DNA of 39,259 nt, the filler included, from an uncultured Methanosarcinales archaeon (GTDB taxonomy: Archaea; Nanobdellota; Nanobdellia; Woesearchaeales; CAIVOO01), in assembly GCA_964485195.1 (NCBI GenBank). It is 12 parts of 12 records of this genome, joined end to end, with 100 filler letters (N's around TTAATTAATTAA, not from the genome) between each part and the next. Parts side by side here need not be neighbours in the genome. Positions count along the whole stretch, not along the records: positions 36,672 to 39,259 come from CAZAIK010000032.1; 11 more parts are not named here. One strand, given 5' to 3'. This document shows positions 38,266 through 39,259 of this stretch, one piece after another; position 1 is the stretch's first letter; each line of letters starts with the position of its first letter. The notes beneath the pieces were generated by a model that had not been told where the DNA came from, ran no database searches, and saw nothing but the letters and a program-made list of their open reading frames with translations. A program made the translations under genes and the position numbers.

Positions 38266-39023
38266 ATAAAGATTCAGCTCAAGACTTAAGCCGGGAATTA
38301 AGAATAGATTTATTTACTGTTTATCGCGAATATCTTCAACTATTATTTCTCAAGTATTTTTACAATCAAAAAGAGAGCCAAAAAATTTATTTTAAAGGGG
38401 GGACAGCTTTAAGATTTCTATATGATTCTTTTAGATTTTCCGAAGATTTAGATTTCACAAGCCTTATCTCTGAAAAGAGACTGAAAGGATTGATTGATAA
38501 ATCCCTTCGGAAGCTAAACAAAGAGGCAACAGGAATTAGTTTTAAGAGAATGGAGTCGATTGGGGAATCGTTTTCTGGAAAAATTCGACTTGAACTCTCT
38601 GAGCTTAAATTCCCTCTAACCATAAGATTGGATTTTTCCATGAGAGAAAAACCTGTTCTTGGGGGCGAATCCTCTTATATTGAAACCAATTTTCCAGTGG
38701 GTCCCTATCCATTTGTATCTCATTTAAAAATTGAAGAGCTGCTGGCAGAGAAAGTAAGAGCCATTTTAACAAGAAGCAGGGGGAGGGATATTTTTGATAT
38801 CTGGTTTTTATTCTCGAAAAAAGTTCTTCTTGATTGGAAATTAGTAAACAATAAAATGGCTCTTTATAAAAAGAAAACGGGCAAAAAAGAGTTAATTAAG
38901 GCTGTTGAAGAGTTTGATCAAGATGAAATTAAAAATGATCTAACAAGATTCTTGCCTGCCAGTCACCGCCACCTCATCAATGAGATAAAGGCGTTGACAT
39001 TAAAAAAATTAAAAGAGAATTAA
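38259..39023 (+). CDS. abiEii: Type IV TA toxin, AbiEii nucleotidyltransferase
   Basis: FKGGTALR, RFSEDLDF, AEKVRA..R..GRDIFD; overlaps abiEi. Confidence 0.92.
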   Translation: MLDKDSAQDLSRELRIDLFTVYREYLQLLFLKYFYNQKESQKIYFKGGTALRFLYDSFRFSEDLDFTSLISEKRLKGLIDKSLRKLNKEATGISFKRMESIGESFSGKIRLELSELKFPLTIRLDFSMREKPVLGGESSYIETNFPVGPYPFVSHLKIEELLAEKVRAILTRSRGRDIFDIWFLFSKKVLLDWKLVNNKMALYKKKTGKKELIKAVEEFDQDEIKNDLTRFLPASHRHLINEIKALTLKKLKEN

Positions 39024-39041
39024 TAAGCTGTTTTGACAGAT

Positions 39042-39170
39042 GAAAATTACTATCTCATCTACTACAAGCCTAAAGACTATAAGACAGATGGGAAATTCAA
39101 GAAGATCAAGGTGAAGATCAAAGAGAAAAATTACAAGGTATTTCACCGCGCCGGCTACATTGCGGATTGA
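39042..39170 (+). pseudogene. C-terminal remnant of a VWA-domain gene
   Basis: ENYYLIYYKPKDYKTDGKFKKIKVKIKEKNYKVFHRAGYIAD, 35/42 identical to the C-terminus of the protein at 15897-17063. Confidence 0.85.
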
Positions 39171-39259
39171 TACTTTTGTGCTTTTTTTATCAATATGATA
39201 GAGTCTTTTTCTCTTTCCGCATCATCAAAATATACAAATGATGTTTTCAAATGATATTC

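Overview
This window is not contiguous DNA. It is 12 short contigs (about 2.6-4.1 kb, in decreasing size) joined by eleven 100-nt linkers (44 N + TTAATTAATTAA + 44 N) at 4148-4247, 8342-8441, 12359-12458, 15697-15796, 18984-19083, 22104-22203, 25180-25279, 28228-28327, 31046-31145, 33856-33955 and 36572-36671. Gene neighbourhood is only meaningful within a contig. Gene content (acidobacterial-type VWA proteins, 6-bladed propellers, an atypical sigma54-activator C-terminus) suggests an Acidobacteriota/Aminicenantia-like draft genome (inference). Ordinary content: O-antigen/LPS genes (fcl, wbpD, wbpB, wzm, rfbCBD), an ABC permease, S41-like peptidase, fadD, a zinc-ribbon protein, a partial tRNA(CAT), YyaL, TetR with a CPBP protease, and an AbiE type IV TA pair. 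Most interesting: (1) a sigma54 activator with no sensor domain, followed by a consensus -24/-12 promoter and an operon for a beta-propeller lipoprotein, a small secreted CC-C-C peptide and a CxxC thioredoxin-like protein; (2) a radical SAM/SPASM maturase followed by a precursor with two CxCxC cores; (3) a terminase-bearing element with no adjacent portal gene, carrying duplicated gene cassettes that each follow a related hairpin; (4) a HerA/VirB4-like ATPase with a C-terminal PD-(D/E)xK-like domain beside a TA pair whose toxin has a nonsense codon; (5) a structured leader upstream of an IS110 transposase; (6) several small palindromic elements and gene scars. All family calls come from motif recognition by eye; no database searches were run.
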